Assembly: GCA_027021085.1 (NCBI GenBank)
Contig: JALUVB010000053.1
Location: 1 to 59,390 of the forward strand
Length of the DNA stretch: 59,390 nucleotides
Direction of reading: 5' to 3'
DNA from: a bacterium
Lineage (GTDB): Bacteria; CAIJMQ01; JAADFP01
The notes under the pieces: generated by a model
Database searches by the model: none
Told to the model about the DNA's origin: nothing
What the model saw: the letters and a program-made list of their open reading frames with translations, nothing else
Translations under genes and position numbers: made by a program
Shown: positions 25,979-33,811 of the stretch, in pieces
How positions within the stretch are numbered: position 1 is the first letter of the stretch
How the letters are laid out: every line of letters begins with the position of its first letter

Positions 25979-26070
25979 GTGCCTGGATAATGTTAATCAT
26001 GGGAGTGCTTGTATTTTACGGAGGCTTAGGCGTATGTATTCGCATCGCCCTCAGAAAAGGAAGGAGGTGA
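25969..26070 (+). CDS. 33-aa single-TM small subunit (MetS-like) of the NSS transporter
   Basis: Hand translation gives MPVSAWIMLIMGVLVFYGGLGVCIRIALRKGRR*. Its ATG overlaps the NSS stop region by 10 nt. It is too short to appear in the ORF track. Small subunits of this kind accompany MetP-type NSS importers. Confidence 0.55.
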   Translation: MPVSAWIMLIMGVLVFYGGLGVCIRIALRKGRR

Positions 26071-26073
26071 AAT

Positions 26074-26505
26074 ATGAAAAAGCTAATTCTTTTCGTATTG
26101 CCCCTGTTTATTGCCGGGTGTGCTTCTCTTTCATACTATTCCCCTCCGGGAAATGAATCTCCTGTTGAGGAAGAAGGGATAAAGAAAGCCATAAAACAAA
26201 AGTTTGATGATATTCCCGTGCCTGAAAAGATGGTTCTCGATACCCAAAACTCCTTTATCTTTGACAACGGGAAAATACGCCTGGCCAACCTGAAATATTC
26301 CACCCGGCTTGCCCCTGAAGATGTTATCGCCTATTTCAAGAAACAGTTGCCACTACAGGGATGGGAGCTGATAAATATGGTAGAATATGGTATAAGTAGG
26401 CTCTCTTTTGCCAACGAAAATGAATCTCTGGAAATAGCCATTTATCCGGAGAGAAGAGGTTGCAGGGTTATTATTACTCTCACGCCAAAGTCATCCGGCT
26501 TGTGA
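26074..26505 (+). CDS. Hypothetical lipoprotein
   Basis: Lipobox LFIAGC at the end of the signal peptide. Confidence 0.65.
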   Translation: MKKLILFVLPLFIAGCASLSYYSPPGNESPVEEEGIKKAIKQKFDDIPVPEKMVLDTQNSFIFDNGKIRLANLKYSTRLAPEDVIAYFKKQLPLQGWELINMVEYGISRLSFANENESLEIAIYPERRGCRVIITLTPKSSGL

Positions 26506-26574
26506 TATAATTTTGCAAAAGGGAAGGTCCTGATACTCTTGCATTTTTTGGGGTGGGCTGTACCCCACTCTATT

Positions 26575-26647
26575 TGGGGAATAGTGTAATAGGTAACACG
26601 CCTGACTCTGGATCAGGTAATTGGAGGTTCGAGTCCTCCTTCCCCAG
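26575..26647 (+). tRNA. tRNA-Gln (anticodon CTG)
   Basis: Manual cloverleaf. The acceptor stem is TGGGGAA/TTCCCCA (U1:A72, typical of Gln). The anticodon stem is CCTGA/TCAGG with loop CTCTGGA. The T-arm is GGAGG-TTCGAGT-CCTCC. Confidence 0.9.
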
Positions 26648-26648
26648 C

Positions 26649-26723
26649 GGCGCTATCGTCTAGGGGTTAGGATACGAGGCCCTCATCCTCGAGACCGGGG
26701 TTCGAATCCCCGTAGCGCCACCA
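26649..26723 (+). tRNA. tRNA-Glu (anticodon CTC), with encoded CCA
   Basis: Acceptor stem GGCGCTA/TAGCGCC. Anticodon stem CGAGG/CCTCG with loop CCCTCAT. T-loop GGGGTTCGAATCCCC. The 3' end is ACCA. Confidence 0.9.
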
Positions 26724-27359
26724 ATGCGGGTTAATACAATTTTCCTCTCTGCGCTTTTTATTTCCCTGGCCTGGCATTTCATACTGGGCACGGTATTCGA
26801 CGTGTACTTTCCCCAGGAAAAGAAGAAAAGCAGGTTTTTCCCGGTTTATTACCTGAGAAGCGAGCCAACAGGCTCCTTTCCTTCAGGCGGGGTGCTTCCT
26901 TCCCTGGAACTGCCTTCTCTGGAAGCATTAGAACCTTCTTTGCCTGTTTCAGCGCCGGTACTTCTCAAGCCTGTTCTAAAAACTATCGCCTCAACATTCT
27001 CCCCCCCCGCCCGCAAGGAGAAGGTAACACGCCCCTCCTTCCGTTTTCCCTTCCCCCCTCCGCCTCCTGACAAAGATAAGTCCCTCCACATTTCCTGGAA
27101 AGAGGGGAAAAGGAAAGTTGTTGCCTATGCCCCCCCCGTCTATCCAATCCAGGCAGAAAAACAGGGGATGGAAGGCGTGGTGGAGCTTACATTCGTAGTA
27201 GATAAAAGAGGAGAGGTGAAAGAGGTAACCCTCAGAAAATCTTCCGGCTACCCGCTTCTGGATACCATATCCATTGAGCACTTATACCGCTGGAGATTTA
27301 CCCCGGGAGATGAAAAGAGCAAGGGTATGGTAAAATTTATATTTGAGCTGGAAAGATGA
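26724..27359 (+). CDS. TonB-family energy transducer
   Basis: An N-terminal TM anchor, a Pro-rich linker (FPFPPPPPD), and a C-terminal TonB domain (YPIQAEKQGMEGVVELTFVVDKRGEV...GYPLLD). The ATG follows the tRNA CCA directly. Confidence 0.75.
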   Translation: MRVNTIFLSALFISLAWHFILGTVFDVYFPQEKKKSRFFPVYYLRSEPTGSFPSGGVLPSLELPSLEALEPSLPVSAPVLLKPVLKTIASTFSPPARKEKVTRPSFRFPFPPPPPDKDKSLHISWKEGKRKVVAYAPPVYPIQAEKQGMEGVVELTFVVDKRGEVKEVTLRKSSGYPLLDTISIEHLYRWRFTPGDEKSKGMVKFIFELER

Positions 27360-28273
27360 GAAACAAAGAAAACCCTGGAAGCATTGTGTTTGGCTCTGTA
27401 GCCCTGGATACGCTGATTACGCCCGCGGGGAAAAGGGAAGACCTCCTGGGAGGGTCCGCTACGTATGCAGCATTGGGAGCCTCTTTTTTCACCCACCCTG
27501 TAATTCTTTCCTGCGTAGGTGAAGACTTTCCCCCTCGCTACCGGAAAGAGCTGGAAGAAAAAGGGGTTTCCCTGCAAGGGATGGAAATAAGAGAAGGAGA
27601 AACTTTTCGCTGGGTGGCTAAATACGGAGATACTCCCCAGGACCTGGAAGTCATTTCCACCTGCCAGAACGTGCTGGCAGATTACTTCCCCGACGTTCCC
27701 GCTTTCCTGCGCAAGCAAAAGTTTCTTTTGCTGGCAAATAATACCCCTGCTCTTCAGAAAGCAGTCCTTTCCCAGATGGAAGAGCGTCCTTTCGTAGTAT
27801 GGGATACCATGAAGTACTGGATAGATAACTACCGGGAAGACGTGGAAGAAATGTTCAATATAGTGGACCTGGTAATTATAAATGACGAAGAAGTGCGGAT
27901 TCTTTCCGGAGAAAGCAATATCTTTAAAGCCGCAGAATCACTTTTCAAGCGGGGTGTTTCCAGGATAATCATAAAGAAAGGCGAGCATGGCGCAATATAC
28001 TATTCTTCCCACAATTCGCTATTGCTTCTGCCTGCCTACCCGGTTAAGGAATGCCTTGACCCCACCGGAGCAGGAGATACATTTGCCGGAGCACTAACCG
28101 GCTACCTGGAGAAAAACGGTGTCTCCCCTTCTTCTTTGAAACATGCCCTCCTCTATGCTACAATAATTGCGTCCTTCACGGTGGAAGGATGGGGGGTGGA
28201 AAGGTTAATCGGGCTGGATAAAACAGCCGTGGAGAGAAGGTTAAATAATTTTCGCCAATGGACGCGGGTGTAG
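27356..28273 (+). CDS. PfkB-family carbohydrate kinase
   Basis: DPTGAGDTFAGAL motif. Its start overlaps the tonB-like stop (ATGA). Confidence 0.8.
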   Translation: MRNKENPGSIVFGSVALDTLITPAGKREDLLGGSATYAALGASFFTHPVILSCVGEDFPPRYRKELEEKGVSLQGMEIREGETFRWVAKYGDTPQDLEVISTCQNVLADYFPDVPAFLRKQKFLLLANNTPALQKAVLSQMEERPFVVWDTMKYWIDNYREDVEEMFNIVDLVIINDEEVRILSGESNIFKAAESLFKRGVSRIIIKKGEHGAIYYSSHNSLLLLPAYPVKECLDPTGAGDTFAGALTGYLEKNGVSPSSLKHALLYATIIASFTVEGWGVERLIGLDKTAVERRLNNFRQWTRV

Positions 28274-28335
28274 TTCAGTGGTAGAACGCGAGCTTCCCAG
28301 GCTCGATGTCAGGGGTTCAAATCCCCTCACCCGCT
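28264..28335 (+). tRNA. tRNA-Gly (anticodon CCC)
   Basis: Acceptor stem GCGGGTG/CACCCGC with U73. Anticodon stem CGAGC/GCTCG with loop TTCCCAG. T-arm AGGGG-TTCAAAT-CCCCT. Confidence 0.9.
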
Positions 28336-28342
28336 CAGATGC

Positions 28343-28999
28343 ATGAAGAAAGTAAGTATATTATTCATAGTACTCCTCATCCTTTCCGGGTGTGCTACCT
28401 ATAAACCTCCTGTTCCTTCACCTGCACCTTCTCCCGTGGGCGTGTACCACGAAGTAAAAAAAGGCGAGACCCTGTGGAGGATATCCCGTGCCTATGGTGT
28501 TGATTGGAGGACAATTATAAAAGTCAACCGCATCGAGAACCCCAATGAGATTAAGCCGGGAGACAAATTGTTCATACCGGGAGCAAAAGAGCAGAAAACA
28601 GTCCCTCCCCTTCCTGTCCTGGTGCAAGGTGAAGAAGAATTTATCTGGCCGGCGCGCGGTAAAATAATCCGCTACTTCGGAAAAGGAAAAAAGAGAAATG
28701 CCCGGGGTATTGATATTGCCGTCCCTATAGGGACAGAGATAAAAGCTGCCAGTTCTGGTAAAATAGTTTTTGCCGGTCCCAAAAGAGGGTTTGGGGAACT
28801 GGTAATTATAGACCATGGGAATGGATATGCAACAGTATATGCCCATAATTCCCGCCTTCTGGTTAAGGAGGGTGATTACGTGAAGCAGGGAGAAGTCATT
28901 GCCCTGAGCGGTGATTGGGGCAATTGCGATGAACCCATGCTGCATTTTGAAATAAGGGAAGGAAATGAAGCTAAAAATCCTCTTAATTATCTGCCTTAG
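28343..28999 (+). CDS. LysM + M23 peptidase lipoprotein (NlpD-like)
   Basis: Lipobox LSGC, a LysM segment (YHEVKKGETLWRISRAYGVDW...), and M23 motifs (GIDIAVPIGTEIKAASSG, HGNGYATVYAH). Confidence 0.85.
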   Translation: MKKVSILFIVLLILSGCATYKPPVPSPAPSPVGVYHEVKKGETLWRISRAYGVDWRTIIKVNRIENPNEIKPGDKLFIPGAKEQKTVPPLPVLVQGEEEFIWPARGKIIRYFGKGKKRNARGIDIAVPIGTEIKAASSGKIVFAGPKRGFGELVIIDHGNGYATVYAHNSRLLVKEGDYVKQGEVIALSGDWGNCDEPMLHFEIREGNEAKNPLNYLP

Positions 29000-29939
29000 T
29001 TTAATAAGTACTGGATACGCTTTTTCCTACTGGGAATGGACACCGGAGACAGGGAAATGGATTAACCCCAAGTATGCACCCAAACCTACCCCGGAAGAAC
29101 AATGGAAATACGCGCTCTCCCTATACCAGGGGAAAGATTACGAGAAAGCCTTAAAAGAATTCCGGAAGTTAATTAAATATTATTCCCGCTCCTCACAGGC
29201 ACCCCAGGCGCAATTCATGATAGGTCAATGCCTGGAAAAGCTCGGGAAACCCTACGAAGCCGCCCTTGCATACCAGAAAGTAGTGGAAAATTATCCCCGC
29301 TACCCCAAACTGGAAGAAGTGGCCAGACGAGAGAAAGCAATTGCAGATAAACTTTTTGCAAGTAAGACCACGGGGATATTACCCCGCGCCAAGGAATTTC
29401 TTACCCTGACCCGCTGGGAGAAAGCGGCAAAGATTTATGGTTTCCTCCTGAAAAATTTCCCCTACTGGAAGGAAGCAGACCGCATAAAATTCCGTATGGG
29501 GGAATCCTTTATTAAGGCCGGAAAATACGAGAAGGCAATAAATGAATTTACTGAATTGACCCAGGACTACCCCAATTCTCCCCTGGTAGAAGAAGCCTAT
29601 TACCAGATAGCTCTGACTGAGGTAAAAAGAAGCGAAAAGTCTCCCTACGACGCAGAGCTTAAGGAGAAGGCTGAAAGGGCACTGCGAGATTTCATCTACC
29701 AGCACCCCTCTTCTCCTTTCCGCAAAAAGGCAGAAGAGAAGCTTTCTGCCCTGAGAGAAAAGTGGGCCTGGGAAACCTATAAAGTGGCGAAATTCTATGA
29801 GAAAAATGCGGACTATCTCGCTGCCCTGTTGTACTACCAGGAGGTTAAAAATAAATTCCCGGATACAACATGGGGCAAAGCATCAGAAAGTAAGATAAAA
29901 TGGTTAAAAGAGCTTGGCTATTCTTTGCCATCTTCCTGA
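28965..29939 (+). CDS. TPR protein, BamD/YfiO-like outer-membrane assembly factor
   Basis: A signal peptide and repeated TPR-like helices (YALSLYQGKDYEKALKEF...). The genomic context is nlpD-X-lptE-holA. Confidence 0.5.
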   Translation: MKLKILLIICLSLISTGYAFSYWEWTPETGKWINPKYAPKPTPEEQWKYALSLYQGKDYEKALKEFRKLIKYYSRSSQAPQAQFMIGQCLEKLGKPYEAALAYQKVVENYPRYPKLEEVARREKAIADKLFASKTTGILPRAKEFLTLTRWEKAAKIYGFLLKNFPYWKEADRIKFRMGESFIKAGKYEKAINEFTELTQDYPNSPLVEEAYYQIALTEVKRSEKSPYDAELKEKAERALRDFIYQHPSSPFRKKAEEKLSALREKWAWETYKVAKFYEKNADYLAALLYYQEVKNKFPDTTWGKASESKIKWLKELGYSLPSS

Positions 29940-30379
29940 GCGGGTGTGCTACCTACCAATCCCTGCCTGTTTCGGATATCAGGATAAGCATAGGTAGTTT
30001 TGCAAACCTCACTTATGCCAGTGGCATTACCGCGGTTCTGAAGAAAAAGTTAGCCGAAGAAGCGTCTTCCTGGGGGATAAAGGTAGGCCCGGCGGAAAGA
30101 GTTCTAAGCGGGGAAATAACAGAAATTGATTATCAACCTCTTTTTTACGGCGAAGATAAGAAAATTGTAGGGCTGAAGGCAAAAATAAAAGTAAAAGTTA
30201 AAATGCGGGAAAGAGGGAAAACAGTCTGGGACAAGGAGTTCCAGGAAGAGGTGGTCTCTTTTCCCCAGGGCAGCTGGAAGGAGCCGCGGAAAGAGTTACT
30301 GGAGAGGTTATGCAAAAGGGTGGCACAAAAGATAATATTCTATCTCCGTTATGAGCAATCCAATAGACATCTCCGCTAA
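29900..30379 (+). CDS. LptE-like lipoprotein
   Basis: Lipobox FLSGC and a length of about 160 aa. It lies directly upstream of holA, matching the conserved lptE-holA arrangement. Confidence 0.45.
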   Translation: MVKRAWLFFAIFLSGCATYQSLPVSDIRISIGSFANLTYASGITAVLKKKLAEEASSWGIKVGPAERVLSGEITEIDYQPLFYGEDKKIVGLKAKIKVKVKMRERGKTVWDKEFQEEVVSFPQGSWKEPRKELLERLCKRVAQKIIFYLRYEQSNRHLR

Positions 30380-31331
30380 AGTATTACAGAGCAAATCCAA
30401 GTTTATCCTCTTCTGGGGAGAGGAAGATTTCCTGAAAGAAGAAGCTCTCAAAGCCCTCAAGCAGGAAATAAAGTCTCCCCTATTCAACTGGAAAGTGTTT
30501 AAAGGAGAAGAACCCAACCAGCGGGAAATCTTTTCCTACTTAATCTCTTACCCGTTTTTTTCTTCCTGGAAAGTACTGGTGATTAAGAGGGCAGAAAAAG
30601 CCCCGGTTTCTCTATTAAAGGGAATAAAGGAAATACTTCCTCGTATTCCTGCCTCGGTCAAAATAATTGCCGTAGCGGGAAAAAACAAAGATAAATGGGA
30701 AAAAGCCTTCCCGCAAATCAGCCAGATAAAATTTTCCCCGCTTAAAGAACCCCAGATACTAATGTGGATTAAAGAGACATTGAAAAGAGAAGGAAAAGAA
30801 ATAGAGGGGGAAGCCCTGAGGCTGCTCTTTGAGATGAACAGGGGTAATCTTTATGCCCTGCATAATGAAATAGAGAAGCTTGTCAACTTCACCGGCGCAA
30901 GAACCAGAATAACAGGAAAAGACGTGGAAACAGTAACTTCGGAAGGCAAAGCAGTCTCCCTGTACAATCTTATACTTTCTCTCCTGGTAAATGACCTGCA
31001 AGGCACAATAAAAGAATGGCAACGCTTAAGGTTGGAAGGCGTATCTCCCTTCTCGCTTATAGGCCTGCTCACCTGGGAATTAGGGAGGATTGGATGCTTC
31101 AAGGAAGAGGTTGAGGCACGAGTATCACCCTATTCCCTCTTTCAAAAATACAGAATCTGGCGCGTAGAATGGCAAAAAGCTTATCGAGATATAGTAAAGA
31201 TGTGGTCATGGGAGAGAATTAAAGACTCCTATTTCCTTCTTCAGGAACTAGACCTGCGGTTGAAAAGTGGCTATCCTCCCTCCCCTCTTATAGAACTTTT
31301 TTTCTACCGATTTGTCAGGAAACGAGTTTGA
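30351..31331 (+). CDS. holA: DNA polymerase III delta subunit
   Basis: 326 aa, with FILFWGEEDFLKEEA near the N-terminus, typical of HolA. The context also fits. Confidence 0.7.
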   Translation: MSNPIDISAKVLQSKSKFILFWGEEDFLKEEALKALKQEIKSPLFNWKVFKGEEPNQREIFSYLISYPFFSSWKVLVIKRAEKAPVSLLKGIKEILPRIPASVKIIAVAGKNKDKWEKAFPQISQIKFSPLKEPQILMWIKETLKREGKEIEGEALRLLFEMNRGNLYALHNEIEKLVNFTGARTRITGKDVETVTSEGKAVSLYNLILSLLVNDLQGTIKEWQRLRLEGVSPFSLIGLLTWELGRIGCFKEEVEARVSPYSLFQKYRIWRVEWQKAYRDIVKMWSWERIKDSYFLLQELDLRLKSGYPPSPLIELFFYRFVRKRV

Positions 31332-31418
31332 AAAAAGTTCCACACTCTGTTAATATATGCACTTGTTTTGGGGTAACCAATGAGTATGTATTTTATGAGA
31401 AAAAGGAGGAGGTAGATA

Positions 31419-31658
31419 ATGGCTGAAGAACTGCTTACCAAAAGTCTGAAATGTGGGAAAAGGATCTATCATTTTAACCTTAAAAAGACTACCGGAGGTA
31501 ACAAATACCTGGATATTGTGGAAATAAGGCCTCAGGGAGATACGAGAGAAAAAGACAGGATAGTGATATTTGAGGACCATATTGAGGAATTCATGAGCAC
31601 TCTTAGTGACATGGCCTCAAATCTCCTGGAAGAGGAAAATACCGAAAGTTCCCAATAA
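31419..31658 (+). CDS. PUR-alpha-like (DUF3276) nucleic-acid-binding protein
   Basis: SLKCGKRIYHFNLKKTTGGNKYLDIVEIR...RIVIFEDHIEEF matches the bacterial PUR-repeat pattern. Confidence 0.6.
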   Translation: MAEELLTKSLKCGKRIYHFNLKKTTGGNKYLDIVEIRPQGDTREKDRIVIFEDHIEEFMSTLSDMASNLLEEENTESSQ

Positions 31659-31661
31659 GGG

Positions 31662-32777
31662 GTGAAAAGAATAAAAATCCTTCATCTTGTCTCCACTCTT
31701 GCCATAGGAGGGGTACAGAAACAGATTGCAGAGGTGGCAAAAAGGCTGGAGGGGGATGAGTTTGACAATTACGTGGGGACTTTTTCCTCCGGGCGGGTCA
31801 GGGAATTCTTAAAAACAGCGGATATCCCCGTGGCGGTTTTTCGCAGGGATTTTCGTTTTGACCCTTTTCTTCCTTTCCGGGTTGCTGCCTACCTGAGGGA
31901 AAAAAAGATAGATATCCTGCATACCTATCTTTTCACTGCCAACACCTGGGGAAGACTGGGGGGTATTATTGCCCGCACACCAGTGATTGTAGCCTCGGAG
32001 AGAAATGCCATCCCCTGGAAAAATTGTCTTCATATCTTCCTGGATTCCGTATTGAGTTTTCCCACTTCCCGTATTGTTGCCTGTTCATACGCGGTTAAGG
32101 AATTAAACCGGAAGAAAGGATTTATCAGAGGAGAAAAGATAAAAGTAATCTACAATGGCGTAGATACGGAGAAGTTCAGCCCCGGCGATAAAAAAAAGAG
32201 CCGGGAAAAACTCAACCTGCCGCAGCATGCTTTTATCGTGGGGAGCTTAGGAAGACTGCACCGGTGCAAAGGATACCGGTACCTCCTGCAGGCAGTAAGC
32301 CTGCTCAAGAAGAAATATCCGGATATCTACCTGGTAATAGTAGGCGAAGGTGAGGAACGCAGCAACTTAGAAAAATTAACCGCGCAGCTTGACCTGGGGA
32401 AAAGGGCAATTTTCAGCGGGGAAGTGGCAGAACCTTTGCCTTTTATCCGGAGCTGGGATATAGGGGTATTTCCTTCTCTTTATGAGGGATTCGGCATCAG
32501 CATTGCAGAAACCATGGCCTGCGGTATTCCGGTAATTGCCTCCCGCACCGGCGGAATACCTGAGGTAGTGGGAGCAGCAGGAATAATAGTGGAAAGGAAG
32601 CATCCGCGCCAGCTGGCAAAAGCCATAGAGCAGATGATAACTTCGCCTTCTCTGCGGGAAACACTGGGAAAAGAAGGCAGGGAAAGAATAAAAAGTTACT
32701 TCTCCCTCTCCAAAACAGTAAACGAGTGGGCTAACCTTTATCTCTCACTCTACCGGGAGAAAATCAGCCGGGGATAG
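31662..32777 (+). CDS. Glycosyltransferase family 4 (GTG start)
   Basis: STLAIGGVQKQ N-terminus and PSLYEGFGISIAETMACGIPVIASRTGGIPEVV. Confidence 0.8.
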   Translation: MKRIKILHLVSTLAIGGVQKQIAEVAKRLEGDEFDNYVGTFSSGRVREFLKTADIPVAVFRRDFRFDPFLPFRVAAYLREKKIDILHTYLFTANTWGRLGGIIARTPVIVASERNAIPWKNCLHIFLDSVLSFPTSRIVACSYAVKELNRKKGFIRGEKIKVIYNGVDTEKFSPGDKKKSREKLNLPQHAFIVGSLGRLHRCKGYRYLLQAVSLLKKKYPDIYLVIVGEGEERSNLEKLTAQLDLGKRAIFSGEVAEPLPFIRSWDIGVFPSLYEGFGISIAETMACGIPVIASRTGGIPEVVGAAGIIVERKHPRQLAKAIEQMITSPSLRETLGKEGRERIKSYFSLSKTVNEWANLYLSLYREKISRG

Positions 32778-32789
32778 GCGGCCATTGCT

Positions 32790-33512
32790 TTACCCCTCAT
32801 CCGGAAACGGTTTAAATTCGCCCACTTCCTCCCGGGTAAGAAAGCGATATTCTCCCGGCCTGAGGTCCCCCAGCTTGAAAGGGCCGATTTTTATCCTCTT
32901 TAACCTGGTAACTGTATAACCGAGCGCAGCAAACATTCGCTTGATTTCCCTGTTTCTTCCCTCCCGCAGAGTAAGTTTAACCCAGGCTCTGTTAATATCT
33001 TTTTTTACTACAGTTGCCCGGGCTGGCAGCGTCATGCCGTCTTCCAGTCGGATACCTTTTCTTACCTGTTCCAAATCTCTGCGGGAAGGGATTCCTGAGA
33101 GCTCGACAAGATAGGTCTTGGAGATTCCGTAGCGGGGATGCAGCAGGATATTTGCAAACTCGCCGTCATTGGTAAAAATGAGCAGCCCCTCGGCATCGAA
33201 GTCAAGCCGTCCTACGGGAAAGAGGCGAGTAGGAATATCTTTAAGCAGGTCTGCTACGGTTTTTCTTCCCTGGGGGTCGGAAAGAGAAGTGATATAGTAG
33301 CGAGGCTTGTAAAGCAAAAGGTAGAGTTTTTCCGGTAAGGTAATTACTTTGCCTTTCACCTCTATTTTATGTATGCGCGGGTCTACTTTTGTTCCCAGCC
33401 TGGTAATAACTTCTCCGTCCACTTTTACTTTTCCCTCTTTAATCAGTTGTTCTGCGCTTCTGCGGGAAGCTATTCCTGCCCGGGAAATAATTTTTTGTAA
33501 ACGTTCTTCCAT
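32790..33512 (-). CDS. rluB: Pseudouridine synthase (RsuA/RluB family) with an S4 domain
   Basis: RLQKIISRAGIASRRSAEQLIKEGKVKVDG (S4 domain) and the catalytic GRLDFDAEGLL. Confidence 0.8.
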   Translation of the reverse strand: MEERLQKIISRAGIASRRSAEQLIKEGKVKVDGEVITRLGTKVDPRIHKIEVKGKVITLPEKLYLLLYKPRYYITSLSDPQGRKTVADLLKDIPTRLFPVGRLDFDAEGLLIFTNDGEFANILLHPRYGISKTYLVELSGIPSRRDLEQVRKGIRLEDGMTLPARATVVKKDINRAWVKLTLREGRNREIKRMFAALGYTVTRLKRIKIGPFKLGDLRPGEYRFLTREEVGEFKPFPDEG

Positions 33513-33811
33513 CTACCCATCCATCTAAAGTCTATGCTCTAAGGTCCACCCCTCGCTACCCGCTACTAACTACTCACTACCGTCTACTCGCTACTGTTTA
33601 CTATTCACTGTTTACTATTTCCCCAGTCTATAGTCTAAAGTCTAAGGTCTATAGTCTATGTGCTCTCCTGGATGCCTGCTTTCGCAGGCATGACAGGTGG
33701 GCAGGATACCAACTCCCTGCTTACTGTCCCTTGTTCTGTATCTTTTATCCTGCATCCCCCTCTCCCAGTCTAAGGTCTACAGTCTATAGTCTAAAGTCTA
33801 TGGTCTAACAT
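33513..33811. repeat. Mosaic intergenic repeat region R3
   Basis: A tract of about 70 nt with uninterrupted 7-nt periodicity (CTCGCTA CCCGCTA CTAACTA CTCACTA CCGTCTA CTCGCTA CTGTTTA CTATTCA ...), GTCTAWR heptamers, and the hairpin at 33672-33691. Confidence 0.85.
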
